Origin: Anthoceros angustus
Lineage: Eukaryota; Plantae; Anthocerotophyta
Reading direction: 5' to 3'
DNA: 64,000 nt
Assembly: GCA_010909165.1 (NCBI GenBank)
Contig: MU008158.1
Span: 1,513,478 to 1,577,477 of the forward strand
Part shown: positions 48,801-61,600 of the stretch, in pieces
How positions within the stretch are numbered: position 1 is the stretch's first letter
Layout: every line of letters starts with the position of its first letter
The notes under the pieces: generated by a model
What the model was told of the DNA's origin: nothing
What the model saw: only the letters and a program-made list of their open reading frames with translations
The model's database searches: none
Made by a program: the position numbers and the translations under genes

Positions 48801-51500
48801 AACCGACTTCCTTTCTGCCCCACTTGAGCGTGCATTGCGATGCGTACATCCATGTTCGGCCAATTAGGACGTCGTGACCACAGCGATTTTCTTTGGATGA
48901 CTACATAATCCATCAAGTAGGGGATGGTTCCAATGGTCGTTAGCACCCCGCCGTTCCCCACCGGCACCATTACGGACATGTCGGCCAGCCTCAAAACCTT
49001 GGTAGTATGTTCAATATCCAAGCCCAATTTCCTAGCCGTGTCTTATAACATTTACCCGTGTCGAGGCACCTTTGATGACACATCCCAATTTCCACAGTTG
49101 GTGGGCCTTGATCCACCATGGATACCAAGTTCACATGGGCCTGGGCTGGTATAGGAACATTGCGCCTCTTTTGGGTTGCGCCTCTTTAACGCCTCCCGAT
49201 CTTGCCTATACGGATTGTCTCGGAGGAGTTGTCCGAATGTGTGATCATGAAATGTTGGTCCATGATGGCCTCGGCGAGATTGAAGAAGCGGTGAGCCTCC
49301 GCCATCCGATTTGGTTGTGGGTTCCGGTTCTCGTCATGACTGTGGCCCTTCCGGTGGGGTGGTGGACTCCCACAGGGTGGTGGAAATCGACACCCCGCCT
49401 TTTCCCCGTAGCCTCCTTGCCAATTCTTCTTGTATCATATCCATGACTTCACGCGTCCGGGAAACCCTAACTCGGTTCGGTAACTCTCGAAATCGGTAGG
49501 GTTCCACCCCTTCGACTTCCGAGCCCTTCATTCACCTTTCCGCCTACTGGAACACTCAGTCTCATTGCATCACTCTTTTGCACATATGGTCCATCCGCCA
49601 AGTCACAGGACTTGTTTTTCTCTCTTGGCCAACGTTCGCGGTGTTGGTATTTCAGTGGTGGCGACACTCTCCCTCATCCGATCCCGTGGTCGTATCCGCC
49701 TCCTTTCTTCTTTTTTCCCCACGCCGCCTCTTTTGCTTTTGTGCTCCTTCTAACGACCATGGAGGCTTCCCATAATAATCGCTCCCTAATCCCTCCAAGC
49801 TCCTCGGGGTTCCAATCTCGGCATCCTCCCATACCGCCATAAGTGCGTCCTCAACATGCGGACACCGGACTGGGTTGGATCGAACTCACGGGTGGTGCGC
49901 GATCCTCACCGTCTCTGGGGCTTTGGCGAGCACACTTCCGCCAAATGCCCTGCTTGCAATCTTGACATAGTTTATCAAAATCTCCATTGCCTTGACGAGT
50001 TGGATAAGGGCACATAGTGTCCAAGGTTGCATAATTATAGCACAAGAGCCCATTGGATTGTTACCCGCCCTTGTTACTGAACGCCACCCCGTGGAATTAC
50101 GTAGGGTTGGGTACATGGTCTTTGGGTACACTTGGGTTGGTGAACCTCCGGATCGGTATGTATCTTCCACCGGACCCTCTTCCTCCTCTTCCTCATATCC
50201 CAGGTGTACCCTTGTCGTCGGACAATTAGCTTTGGAGTGTCCTGCTGCCCACACGTTGAAGGAAGAGGTTGGCTCGTGGGTTCGTGACTCTCCCTCTCAT
50301 GTTCCTTGACCGCATTAAGATGGAATTTCGAATTTTGCCATCATCTCCTCCATCTTGTTCCCTGTTGTTCTACTTTCTTGGCCGCTACCTCGGCCTCCCT
50401 TCTCGCCTTGTTCGCGTCCTTCTTGCGTACATCGCCTCTGTTTTGCCCTTGCGACTCCTTGTTGTCCTGCACGACCCTTCATTTTCTTTTTCCATTTGGC
50501 GCCTCATCCGATGACGCTTCCTCCGAATCCACTCGTTTCCTCCTCCGAGGAACTTTACGTGGAATCTTCGTGGAGCTTTCTTCATGAACTTCTTCCGAGG
50601 AGGATGAGGAATCCCTTCTTTTTTCCACTGGCTTCTTCTTCTCCTTCTTAGCCTTCCTCCTCCCTTGCGGGTTGGATTCCTCATAGTTTAGCGCCTTGAT
50701 AGCCTTGCCCAAATTCTTCTCCGCTTGTAACCTTACGTGTCTCCCCATCTTAGAACCCGGGCCTTTAGCGAACCACCGTGTTGCAACTCCGAGTGAGGGC
50801 CACGATCGCGAAGTGAACCTCTCCACATACGCTGCAAGGTTTCCTTCTTTCCTCTGCAGCTTTTCAAGCTTGGACAACACGTATCCCTCACGCCAAGCCG
50901 AACCTTTCATGAAGGTTTTAATTCTTCATAGGTTCTTTGGAGGTGTGGTGACTTGAGGTATTCGCGCCTATACCACTGGACCCCGAAGAACTCAGAGAAC
51001 AATGAATCTGTGCATCTCCGCTTCTGGTTTGCAAATGTCACCGCTCAAACGCTCAACAAATTCATCGGTCTTCATACCCTTCCCTCTCCATACGGGATAA
51101 GGTTGCTTGTGGTGACCACCACCGGTGGTGGTGGTGGTCATGACTATCGTTATTGACGTGGTTGGTCCAACAACGGTTCTGGAGTCGATTGATCTCCACC
51201 GCACACTTTTGGAAGAGAGGTCGTGGATGGAATTGGTCCGAGGTTCCTTGGCGGTGGTACCTCGTCCAAGTCGAGGTTGGGGATCTTGCTCCAACAAGAT
51301 CGGACCCCGCCCCCAGTTGCTTCCTTACCCTTTCTCCTTCCAACGGGTGCGTCCCGTGGACCTCCTCAACTCGCGGTTTGCAACCCTTTTAACCTTTCCA
51401 GTGCTTGGCGTTGTCGCTTCTGTGGCCTTCCGTCCCGACCTCGAACCCTCCGACTCAACCCGTGGCATCCATCTACCTAACTAGATACACTCCAAAACTA
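45860..51500 (-). pseudogene. gag-pol: gag-pol of the minus-strand element
   Basis: Integrase zinc finger LHEEEAGGHYAAHVTCRKILEAGYWWPTMYKDAKEFVKRCDACQRVG (46532-47023); RH HFALKHLVNK..HINADFISRL; RT FRDFMEVF-DD; protease region LGLDIEHTTKVLRLADMS..IPYLMDYVVI; gag SKLEKLQRKEGNLAAYVERF. Confidence 0.95.
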
Positions 51501-51557
51501 GACACCTAAGCTATGGTTAGTCCCCTATAACCTTGATGTTCATTCCCGCAGCCAAAA

Positions 51558-54500
51558 TGTGGAATGGGTTTTGCATCCGAAGACGCAAAGAGGCCACATT
51601 TACCCTCTATGTCGTTATAGTCCTAGGATTCGATCCCAAGGGAATGGTGTTGTGTCAAGGTGTGCTAAATCTATGGATTCTAGACCGCCCCGCCGCTACC
51701 CCACCTTCTCCAGCTACCTGCCCAAACCCACCACCGTGGTAGACTCGGCCACCGCGTGGCGGTTCGGCCACCGTGGCGGCCCCACCACCCCTGGAGTCTA
51801 TTCACACCGACTTCTAACACGGACCTAGGGGCTGGACACCTATATCGCCTCACCTTACGGGAATTTGCGATCCTACCACACGCCCACTCCCCACGCGTTC
51901 CGATTTTCCCTCACACGCCTCAATCCTCCCACACACAACTACCTCCCGGAACCTTTCCCTTCCCAATGAACTCCCCTCCCTCACGGGCCACAGACCCCTT
52001 TTCCCTTGGGCCACACCCTTGGGCCACCCGACTCTCTCATGGAATGAACACACCAGTGGCAGGCTTGGAAAAGAGGATCGGAAGAAAACCCCGGCTTGGC
52101 GATTCGCCTTCCAGCCGCCTCGGCCGTCCGCTCCTACTTTTTCCCGCCACCTTCCGTTACCCAGGCGTGGAGCTTGGCCACTCTCTCGACCATCCAGAGA
52201 TCTTCCGGCCTTCTTGTGAAAGACGGCGCCGAACCCGTTTGATGCCGACGACGTCCAATCAACCCCACTCTGGTTCGATCACGGAAGTTCACACCGAAAT
52301 CGCCTTGAGAGACACCCAAAGGGTCTCTTATACATCCGTGGTCCAACAGCTCACTTCTCTTAGTGTCTAAAATTGTAGCTCCTACCACGGCGCCTTACCA
52401 ATCTAAGCAACAACTCTACGGTGATGGAACTCCCTATCCTCTACTGAAAAGGAAACCCGGTCCTAGGCTATCGCGACTCTAAAATCAGCCGCCTCCGCTT
52501 TCGCCCACGGCCCATGGGGACCCCTCTCGCTCGGCCTCGATCCGAGCGATTTTCCCCACAACCTCCACCTCGCCTCACCGCCTGAATTTCCCTCGCGCCT
52601 TCCCGACGCTTGCGGACCTCTGTCCATTGTCCCGCTCCTCCTCATGGACAACCATACCGTGCTCCTCCCTCCATGCTCTGGGCTGCGCCTCGCTCATCTC
52701 TTCCAGCACCACTTGCGGAGGATAGGCGCCCGCTCCTACTCGAAGGAACCACTGGTAAACGCCTGTGGCGGTCAAGATGTACAGCCAGTAGTTTCTGCCC
52801 CCTCCTGTCCCAACAACCACATACACGTTTAGAGTGAGCACCCGCTCACCATGCAGGCAGAAGCCAGGGACATGAGCATCCTCATCCGGACGCCGTAGCA
52901 CAATACGCCCTTCTGATACAGAGGTCCTTACCCTCTCCTCCCGTGGACAATCCCGGCCGTTGATTCTCGGGATCCCCTCCATCTGCGACACTCCGGTGAC
53001 TTCCCCACCTCGCCCGTTCCACGACGGGCTGGTTTAGCCACCGTGGTGGTTGCTTCCACGGTGGTTGTTTGCGCTCATGGTGTTGCTCGGCCTTCTTGGT
53101 TTGGCCACCTCTCTCTTGACTCGGCCCTAGTCTCTTTCCCGCTTGCCTCTCCGCTTCTTGAATTTCTCAAGGCGCCACCACCGCTCTCCTGGACTCGAGA
53201 CCTCATCCCGAAGCTCTTCAATTGTAGCATGCCCCTTGACTGATTTACTAAAGCTTCTCGAGTGGACATGTGCCTTAACTGCCTCATTTTGGCCGCCGCA
53301 CTTCTGCCTCACGGCCTCCTTGCTCGCCTTCCGCTTTCCAACTTCTCCTTGAGCAACTTCTCCTCTTTTTGCACACTCACCAAGTGAGAGCCATGGTCGC
53401 TTGATCGAGGAGATCCGCTCGTGCCATGGCCGAAGTCAAACCCCGCAAATCCCCAAATTGGGCTGTCCCTTGCCCATCCGCCTCCACAACAATTCTCGTG
53501 TAGCGGTGTCTCCTATCCCCACCTCACCGACGGTTGAAAATGTCGCCAAAATGTCCGAGTCTGCGGTCTCGAAGTTAACCCTCCTCTCTAGGGGTTGGTC
53601 TCACCGCCTTCTCCCGCTTCATTCTCCCCTAGCGGCGATTCATCCTGCAGAGGAGCAACTTGCCATTTCCCTTTACTTTTCCTCCTTTACCGTTCTGCTG
53701 CCGTCTTCGACTGGTGACCACAGGTGTGTGGGTTCCTCCTCTGCCGCTGCCTCCCTTCTTCGCCGATCCCGTTCGACCGTTGCTTCTTCGCCCTTGGAAA
53801 CTTCCCCACCCTCTTCCGAACCTTGGAGCGACTCCCAACTGGAATCCTTGCGAATCCTCCTTCAATTCCTCCTCTTCTACCTTGAGTTCTGACCGGCTTC
53901 CAACCATGCGGGGACATGACTTCAACTCCGTTAAACACCGGAATGCGCAAATACATGAATCGAAAAGGCGAAATCAAGGAGGGCCGAGGGAAGAAGAGTA
54001 AATTCGCCTTCTCCTCCACAGGCTCTTCGAAAATCATCCTCCCCAATCAATTTGTGTACCCTTGACCACCTCGTGAAGAAAAACCAAGAAGTGATCCGCC
54101 ATATGATCCGGGTTGAACACAAAATCCATTTGGCCAATCCCACTGTGCAGACACGAGTTGGCGAGTCACCCACCCATTGTTCACTCTCACTTCCCGGCTT
54201 CATGAGCGCAGCCTTTCAAGGTCTTCTTCGGGGTCAATCACCAAGCTCCCATCCTCGATGCTTCTCGCCCATACACCGCCTCGAAAGAGGGCCAAATCCG
54301 CCTGCGGCCTCGCGTCACCCTCTTGCGACTTGGTCCTTAATTGCCGGGCGCACTCTTGCACCAATGCTCGTAGCACCATTTCTTCTCCATGAACTTGACC
54401 CAGCCCCGCACCAGGTGCCGGCTCTCACTTTCCGGGTCCATGTTGGGCTGCGTGGTGGGATTTCGGCACTGGGCGCCATCTCCTTCTCTCGTTGTCTCCA

Positions 54501-55092
54501 AAACAAAACCTCGACTACCTGCATCTGGTCAAGAGAGAAAAATCGAAGCCGCCCTCGCTCCTTCCACGCCTCGAACTTGCGGCCGATTTCTCCTCCGCCG
54601 CCCCCGCTCGACTGCGCGCCTTTCCTCCCCGCAGTGAGATGATTTGGCTGGCGTGGTGCGCCCCTCTTGCTGCAGCTCCCGACCGCCCCTCACGGAAAGT
54701 CGCGACCTGGCGGGTGTGCCTTCTCCCGTTCTCCGACTGTAGTCCCGCCCGCCACTAGGGTTGTAAATTCCCACAGTCAGACGTCCGTTTCTCGGCCACC
54801 GGTGGAACTAGCCACCACCCCACTTGACTACAACTGCATATTGTGAGCATCCCTAGCATATATAGACACCTTTTATTCTAAAAATTCCCAATACCCAAGG
54901 ACTCTATTTCTACCCCACCCCTCCGGGTCAAACCTAAGGGTCGAAAAATTATTATTATCTCCAAGGGCCAAGGACCATTCCGTATAAAAGACGACTCGAT
55001 TCTCAAAGCACTCGCTATTCTAACACACCCAAAACAAAAATCGCTCACCCCGACACTTGAGAGCGGGTTAGTTCACACATGTGGTCTCCACG
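51558..55092 (-). repeat. 5' LTR (about 3.5 kb) of the minus-strand element
   Basis: Direct repeat of 42343-45842; adjacent to the PBS complement CATTCCCGCAGCCAAAA. Confidence 0.9.
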
Positions 55093-56800
55093 GATTATAG
55101 AGTAGCCCAAATTTAAGGATGGCTGCCCCACCAACGAAAGCCGCAGTTAAGGAAGGATCAGAGTGGGAATGGATCGACGAACGGGAGGAAGCATTCCGTG
55201 ACTTACGCACCACATTGGCTGGCGCCCCACGCTAAGAGGAGGACTAGAGCAAGTTCCACGTGCTGATGTTTCAGCATTTGCAATTGGCCCTTAGCCACGG
55301 GGAAGAAGAAGGATTTTCCGATCTACTTGGCCGAGATAACTAACTGACTGTTAATGTATACCACCACGGAGCACAAGCCTCGTGGAATGGTTTACTCGGT
55401 CGAAATTCAGACACTACCTCCTCTCGGGATGAATTTGTGTTCCATGTCACTCACTTTGGTTTTGAAACACTGTTAAACCCCACCTTTCGGGACGGTCACG
55501 CCGGATCTTGCCAGCCGGGAGTTTACCTTCACAAAGGGAAACCGAGAGAGTGGAAGCATATCAATGCCGACTTCATATCTCGATTGAAAAATGGGGAGGT
55601 GGAAAGGACAGAAGACGCATTTCCGATGAGACATCGCTCGCGAGTCGAAACCACCGAAAGACCTTCAGTCAAAGGAGCAGAGCAAGACGGTTGAGAAGGG
55701 AGTGCTTCTAAGACCAATATATCCGAGAGATATATGATTATTCTGTGACGGCCAAATTCTCCTCCCACATCTTCCAAGACATGCCAAAGCGGGCCTCACT
55801 GCACTATCTACACGGACAATACGAACTTATTCCGAAGTTAGATCAGCAGGGAGCTGAGGGTACGCATCGCAAAGCGAGCAGAGTCCCGGCCTCTTACACG
55901 TAGGAGGCGGTGAGGTCAAGGCGTGTGCCACTTGCGGGTGAATTTTGAGTCAAATGGTGGCCTACCTGTACAGGATGCCAAGGAGTTGCAAGCACGAGAA
56001 GGGCTCAAGCCAACAAGAACAACCCAATGGCCCTTGTCCATACTTGCACCGGCACCCGGAATGGGAATCGATTTTGCCTGACCCCAAATTTCAAAACCAA
56101 GACTCCGTTAAAACCAATACATCCGGTGGCCAGACATCGAGAACAGTAGAAGCATATTGCAACGCCGGTGATTCGGCGCACGCCGCGCTGACCCTGCTCG
56201 TAGCAACACTGACATGGCATTACTGAGCTGGCCGATGAGAACACAATTTCAAGTAATTCCAACATGACCTTTACCTAACGTCAAGCACAGGAAGTCTAAT
56301 GCCTATAACCAAAGTCAATGTTTAATTAAAGGCAAATGGTTTTGCTTGCAAGATCCTAACTAAACTCAGCCTATGCGCGTGACTGGAGAAACTACATAAG
56401 GACTCGGGCGATCGACTGCTGGAAAAGGACAACCCAGCAGGATTCGTATTATTCATTTCTACGGCATTCGCTCATGCTGGCGAATTCAAGTTCCACCTTT
56501 AGAATACAGGAACCAAGTCAATGTGGAAGAGGAAGTCATTAAAGGTTAGGGTTTTGACGATACACGGAGAACAGAGCAAAAGTTGCGCGATGTCCAAAGA
56601 AAGGAGGAAGGATAAAGAGATTGAAGGCCAAGAATACGTTGTTCCCGGGATCCGGCTTACTATATGATAACCGATACATGCATTTTCCAAATTACATCTC
56701 GTGCGAGGGGACTTCGAGTTGGAGTTTTCACAAGGATCAATTTCAACCCAAGATTTAGTGAGCCATCCTCAACGCTGCCACACCACATGGCTGCAACATT
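55093..56800 (+). pseudogene. pol: Remainder of pol (RT connection, RNase H, integrase) of the + element
   Basis: KEGSEWEWIDEREEAFRDL, FHVTHFGFETLLN..WKHINADFISRL, WWPTC..CQ, YSWPSISLS/PGTTYSWP integrase-region remnants. Confidence 0.85.
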
Positions 56801-56842
56801 AACTGAAGTTGGCGAGGACGCCAACAAAATGAGAAGGGAGTA

Positions 56843-58697
56843 AGGACCACATGTGTACCAACCCCGACTCCCAAGTGTCGTGGATGAACGTTTTTTTGTT
56901 TTGATGTGTTAGAATGCAGTGCTTGAGAAGGCCTGAGTGTGTCTTTATAATCAATGAATGGCCCTGAGATCAATTTTTCGAATTTATGGACCTCGTGAGG
57001 CGGTGATATAGAAACTTAGAAAGTCCGGGTCAAGGGCACATTTTAGAATAAAAGAGCGTACCATATATGCTAGGATGCTCAAGCACATGCCAGCTTGAGT
57101 AGTCAAGGGGTAGAGTGAAGCTAAGCCACCAAGAGAGGCCAAACCAAGAAGGCGAGGAGCACCGCAGAGCCGGGCAACCACCGCGGGGAGAACACCACGG
57201 TGGCTAAACCAGCCACCGCCGTGGAACGGGAACGAGGTGGGAAGTCACCGGCTGTGGAGGCCATGGAGGGGACTCTCCCCGAGAATCCAGCAGCCCGCCC
57301 GGATTGTCCACGGAGGAGAGGGTAAGGACCTCAGACGTGGACAGTTACGCAAGGCCCGGATGAGGATGCTCATGTCCCCTGCTTCATGGTGAGCGGGTGC
57401 TCACCTAAACGTGTATGTGGTTGTTGGGATGTGAGGGGCGTAAAACCACTCAGGAGACATCTTGGGCCACAAAGCGCTACTGCTGGTTCCTTCAGAGCTG
57501 GCTGGGGCCTACCCCCAAGTGGTGCCGGAGGAGATGAGTGAGGCGAGGCCAGGAGCATGGAGGAGGAGACATTGACGGTGATGGTTGTCCAATGAGGAGG
57601 AGCGGACAACGGACATAGAGGTCACAGCGTTAACGCCCCATGGAAGGCGCGAGGGAAACTCAGCAAAGGAGAGTGAGGTGGAGGTTGTGGGGAAAATCGG
57701 ACTGATGCAGGCGCAAGAGCCGAGAGGGGTCCCCAGCGGCCGAGGGCGAGGCAAGAATCGCATGAGGCGGCAGCTGATTTTAGGGGAGCGATAGCCTAGA
57801 CCGGAGTTCCTTTTGGGCTTAGGGATAGGAGTTCCACTGCCCAGAGTCATGTTGCTTAGATTGGCAAGGAGCGCCCGTGGTAGAGCTACAATTTTAGACC
57901 CTAAGAGAAGTGAGGAGCCGTGTTGACCACAGCCGATGTATAAGAGACCCTTTGGTGTCTCTCAAAGAGATTTACGTGTGTGAACTTCCGTGTATCGAAT
58001 CCAGGGTTGATTGGAGACGCCCGTCAAGATCAAACTCTGTTCGATGCCTTTCTCACACAAGAAGGCCGGAAGATCCCTGATGGTCGAGAGGCTGAGTAGG
58101 GCCAAGCCCACGCCTGGGTGATTAAGGTACAAGGCTGGAAAAGAGGCAGGTATTGCCGCGAAGGCCGAGGTGGAATCATGAAGGCCAATCGGGCACCGAC
58201 CGGGTTTTCTTTTCCGATCCTCTTTTCCAACCGCCGCCACTGTGTGTGTTTATTCCATGAGAGGGGTATGTGTGGCCCAAGGAGGGGTCTGTGGCCCAAG
58301 GAGGGGGGGTCTGGTGGGCTGGGAGGCAGGGGAGAGTTCATTGGGAAGGGGAGGTTCCCAAAGGGTAGATGAGTGCGCTACTGGAGGGATTGTGAGAGGT
58401 GAGGAAAATCCAAATGCGAAGAGGAGGGAAGCGCAAGTGTGTAATCGCAGAAATTCCTGCAAGTAAAGTGAGGCGATATAGGTGTCCGTATGCCCATAGC
58501 CCCCAGGGTCCGTGTCGAGAAGCCATGGATTTAATGACCGCTTTCGGATGCGTGCTGCCAGGGACGCCATTGGGAACTGCCACCGCGGTGGCCGAGTCTA
58601 CCACGGTGGGGTTTTGGCGTGGTAGCTGAGAAGGTGGGGTAGTGAGCTTTTGGTATCTAGAATCCATGATTCGTAACACCTGACACAACACCATTCC
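56843..58697 (+). repeat. 3' LTR of the + element (short variant), truncated by a CACTA insertion
   Basis: Follows PPT AAATGAGAAGGGAGTA (56827-56842); matches 22667-23184 plus 37002-38270; stops at ACACCATTCC. Confidence 0.88.
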
Positions 58698-61600
58698 CCT
58701 ACTGTAAAAGGGCACCCTATGTTACACTTTATGTTAAGATTTGGACTGGATGTAACACTCATGTTGCAATCATGTAACACTTTTTTTGTTACACTTTGGC
58801 TTGGAAACCATACCACTACGTTGTTGCAATCATGTTGCAATGGTAATTATGTTAAGATGAAGTGAGAGGTGGTTTTGCCATCTCTCAAAATTGCAACATG
58901 ATTGCAACATCTAAAGTGTTACAAGAGAGGTCTTGTAACACTTTTGGAGGCTTGGTACCCAACCTCCTCCCCATCCACTATTTTCCTTTTACTTTTGCCC
59001 TTGGCAATAACACGTTTTACTTGGTAGTTACCGCCAATACGCCCTTCAATACGACCATATATAAATACCTGTACGAATACATCCTTATACTATACACATG
59101 TAGTCTACGGCGATAAATGTAATATATTATTCTAAGTGCTATAAGGGCGTATTCAATTTCATATAAAATAAGTTTGTATACTATGCGTATTCCATACGTA
59201 CACTGGGCTGTACATATTCATGGTACGGTACTATGTATTTACTATACGTGTAAATAGCGCCGGCTCTTTCTACCCCTACTTTATAGCATGGCGCGGTTTG
59301 TCCTTCCACCACCAATAGCCAACGGCTTCACCATGGCCCCCATCGTCCCCACCTATCACCTTATTGTGACGCATCACGTGAGGTTATGCCCCTACAAGAT
59401 TGTCTGTGGAGGAGTTTTGGTATGCTCGGCTTATGCTTTTACGCCTCCATGTAAGGCACTTCCTACTCCATCGTATGCACCTCGAAACTTCCGCCTCCGC
59501 TCGATTCCCCAATTTTCTTCTTCCTCCTCATGCTGGAGGCAAGCTTTGCCACTTCTACCGCTTCCTCTCGCCTGGGCACACGTTGCACATACAACCAACA
59601 TGGCCATCATGAGTTACCCAACGTTAATGGGTGTACCAATCACCATAGACCATTTGCCTTACCGTCCGGTCCCTCCTCGTATCTTCTCGCCTTGGTGGAG
59701 CTCGTCTCCCTTCCGGCCGCTGTGCCTGCGCCCTCACACGCCCACCGCCGCCGCCTACTCCTCCTCCTCTTTCCTCTTCGCCCGCCACCCTTTATCGCGG
59801 TGGCGTTGCCTCAACCGGGGCTCCACTATGTAGGTCCATGCTCTCGATCGGAGGCTGCAAGATATGTCTGCACGAAATTAGGCACATCCCCTCAAGACCG
59901 CCTCTTGGATCGCCCCTCATATCCGCAGCGTCCCCACGCCCCTGTCCCCTTGCCTCGCATTGCAATCGCCTTTGCCCATATCAAAGGCGCCGCATGATGC
60001 CCTCTTGACCTCCTTCATCTCTCTCTCTCGGACATCGCCTCATGCTAGTGACGCGCTTTTGGCCCGCCCAGCATGGATGCTGGGTGATCCACGCGTCCGT
60101 CCCCGCCACCCGCTCCTCCTACTCCCCTGCGTTTTGGCTGTCCACCGTGCACACAAGTGTGTTTCCTCCTGACGGATCGGTTGCCCCTCCGTGGTCCACC
60201 ACCCGACTCCGCCCCACACTCATTGTTCCGCCATTCAGCGTCGTCAATCCATCTCGATCCCAACGGCCTCCACCTCCGCAAACATGGCCACCTTCCGGTC
60301 TCGGGCACTCCTCCACCTCTTCTCCAGTTGCTGCTGCCCACGTGACGCCCTCGCCGCCCGCCTCATCACACCATTCCTGTGCATGGGCTTCCACCAAACA
60401 CAGGCGATCGTGGTGTCGCGGGCACCACGCCCATACCGTGCTTCCCCTCTGCTGCCTCCCTTGCGCCTCTCATGCGTGGCCCGTCTCCACTTCACCGCCA
60501 CTTGTTTCGCCGCCCCCCTTCCAATACCAGCTCCCGCCTCTCCTCCTCCCCCAAGCCCCTTCCGTGCCATCTGCATTCCTTCCTAGCCTCTCACGTCCAC
60601 ATCGCCACCACGTGCACCTGCCTCCACCCCTTCCTTCCGTCGCCTCGGAAAGGCCACCATATCGGGATCCATCTCCAATTCAATGTCATTAAGCAAAATG
60701 GTCATTTCCTTGTTCTCCTTGCAATGGCTGAATCTACGGTGTCTTGTCATACACTCCCGCCTTACTGTAGGAACTCGCACGAACCCCACTATCGGACCGC
60801 CCACAGCTGCATGGAAATCGTCCTCTTCAACCTCCCATACTCTTCTTCCGTTGGAAACCGCCCATGCTTGATTCTCAAACCTCACCACCCACCAAGACGC
60901 CCTCCCTTTCCCCATGGGTTTGGACCCATCCCGTTTTGGCTAGCCTCTCTTTGCTGCGATTTCGATTGATGGCTCAAACTTCCGTTCCTCTTCAACTCCA
61001 TCCGAGCCCATGCAAGTGCATCTTCCCACTCTTCGTCATCATCCACCATGCTCGGTTTCTTCCATGTCCTCCCCTCTACCATTTCCTCTAGCGCGCCTTG
61101 CAGCTTCCACACATCGAGAATGCGTGTCCGCGTCATCCGCGAAGTGTCGGCTTATCTGGACTTGACCACTGTGCGGAATGCTTGACACGGATTTCACTAA
61201 CTGCTTTCTCTCTTCTAACGCCCCGCCATCTTGCTGCAGTTCATTCACAACCTTCGTCCTCACCACGGTACATTTTGCTTCGCCAGCCCGAACAACATCG
61301 GAGTCCCTCCCCGCTTCATGTGGTTCTGCATGGCCTCCTTCACCATTTCACCCCATGCTTGTTTATCAAGGCTTTAACGCATCGTTGTCCACCGCACTCA
61401 GCGCGAAGATCTGCACTGCATCATCACCGGGGTTAGAACACCACCCCTTGCGAAATTGATTGCGCCATTCGAGATCAAGTGCTCAGGCTCGGTCCGTCTG
61501 CCGGCTTGTCCGCCTTCCACGATTCCACTTTCCCTTCTTGCAATCCGCCACCGCCCGCCCTCGAAAGGTTGCCTCCTTGTCCCCATGCTTAAACACCGCC

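Larger units (their letters stand above)
42343..55092 (-). mobile_element. Full-length Athila-like element of the same family, inserted antisense into pol of the + element
   Basis: Direct repeats about 42343-45842 and 51558-55092; PBS complement at 51541-51557; PPT complement TACTCCCTTCTCATTT at 45843-45858; complete gag-PR-RT-RH-INT between; host pol continues at 55093 (approximate TSD TATT/GATT). Confidence 0.92.
22667..58697 (+). mobile_element. Athila-like (non-chromoviral Ty3/Gypsy) LTR retrotransposon, host of three nested insertions
   Basis: 5' LTR starts TGTGGAAGACCACA at 22667 and ends CCATTCCACA at 38345; PBS follows; gag-PR-RT at 38400-42342; RH-INT resumes at 55093; PPT 56827-56842; 3' LTR from about 56843, cut at about 58697. 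No chromodomain or extra RNase H seen. Confidence 0.9.
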
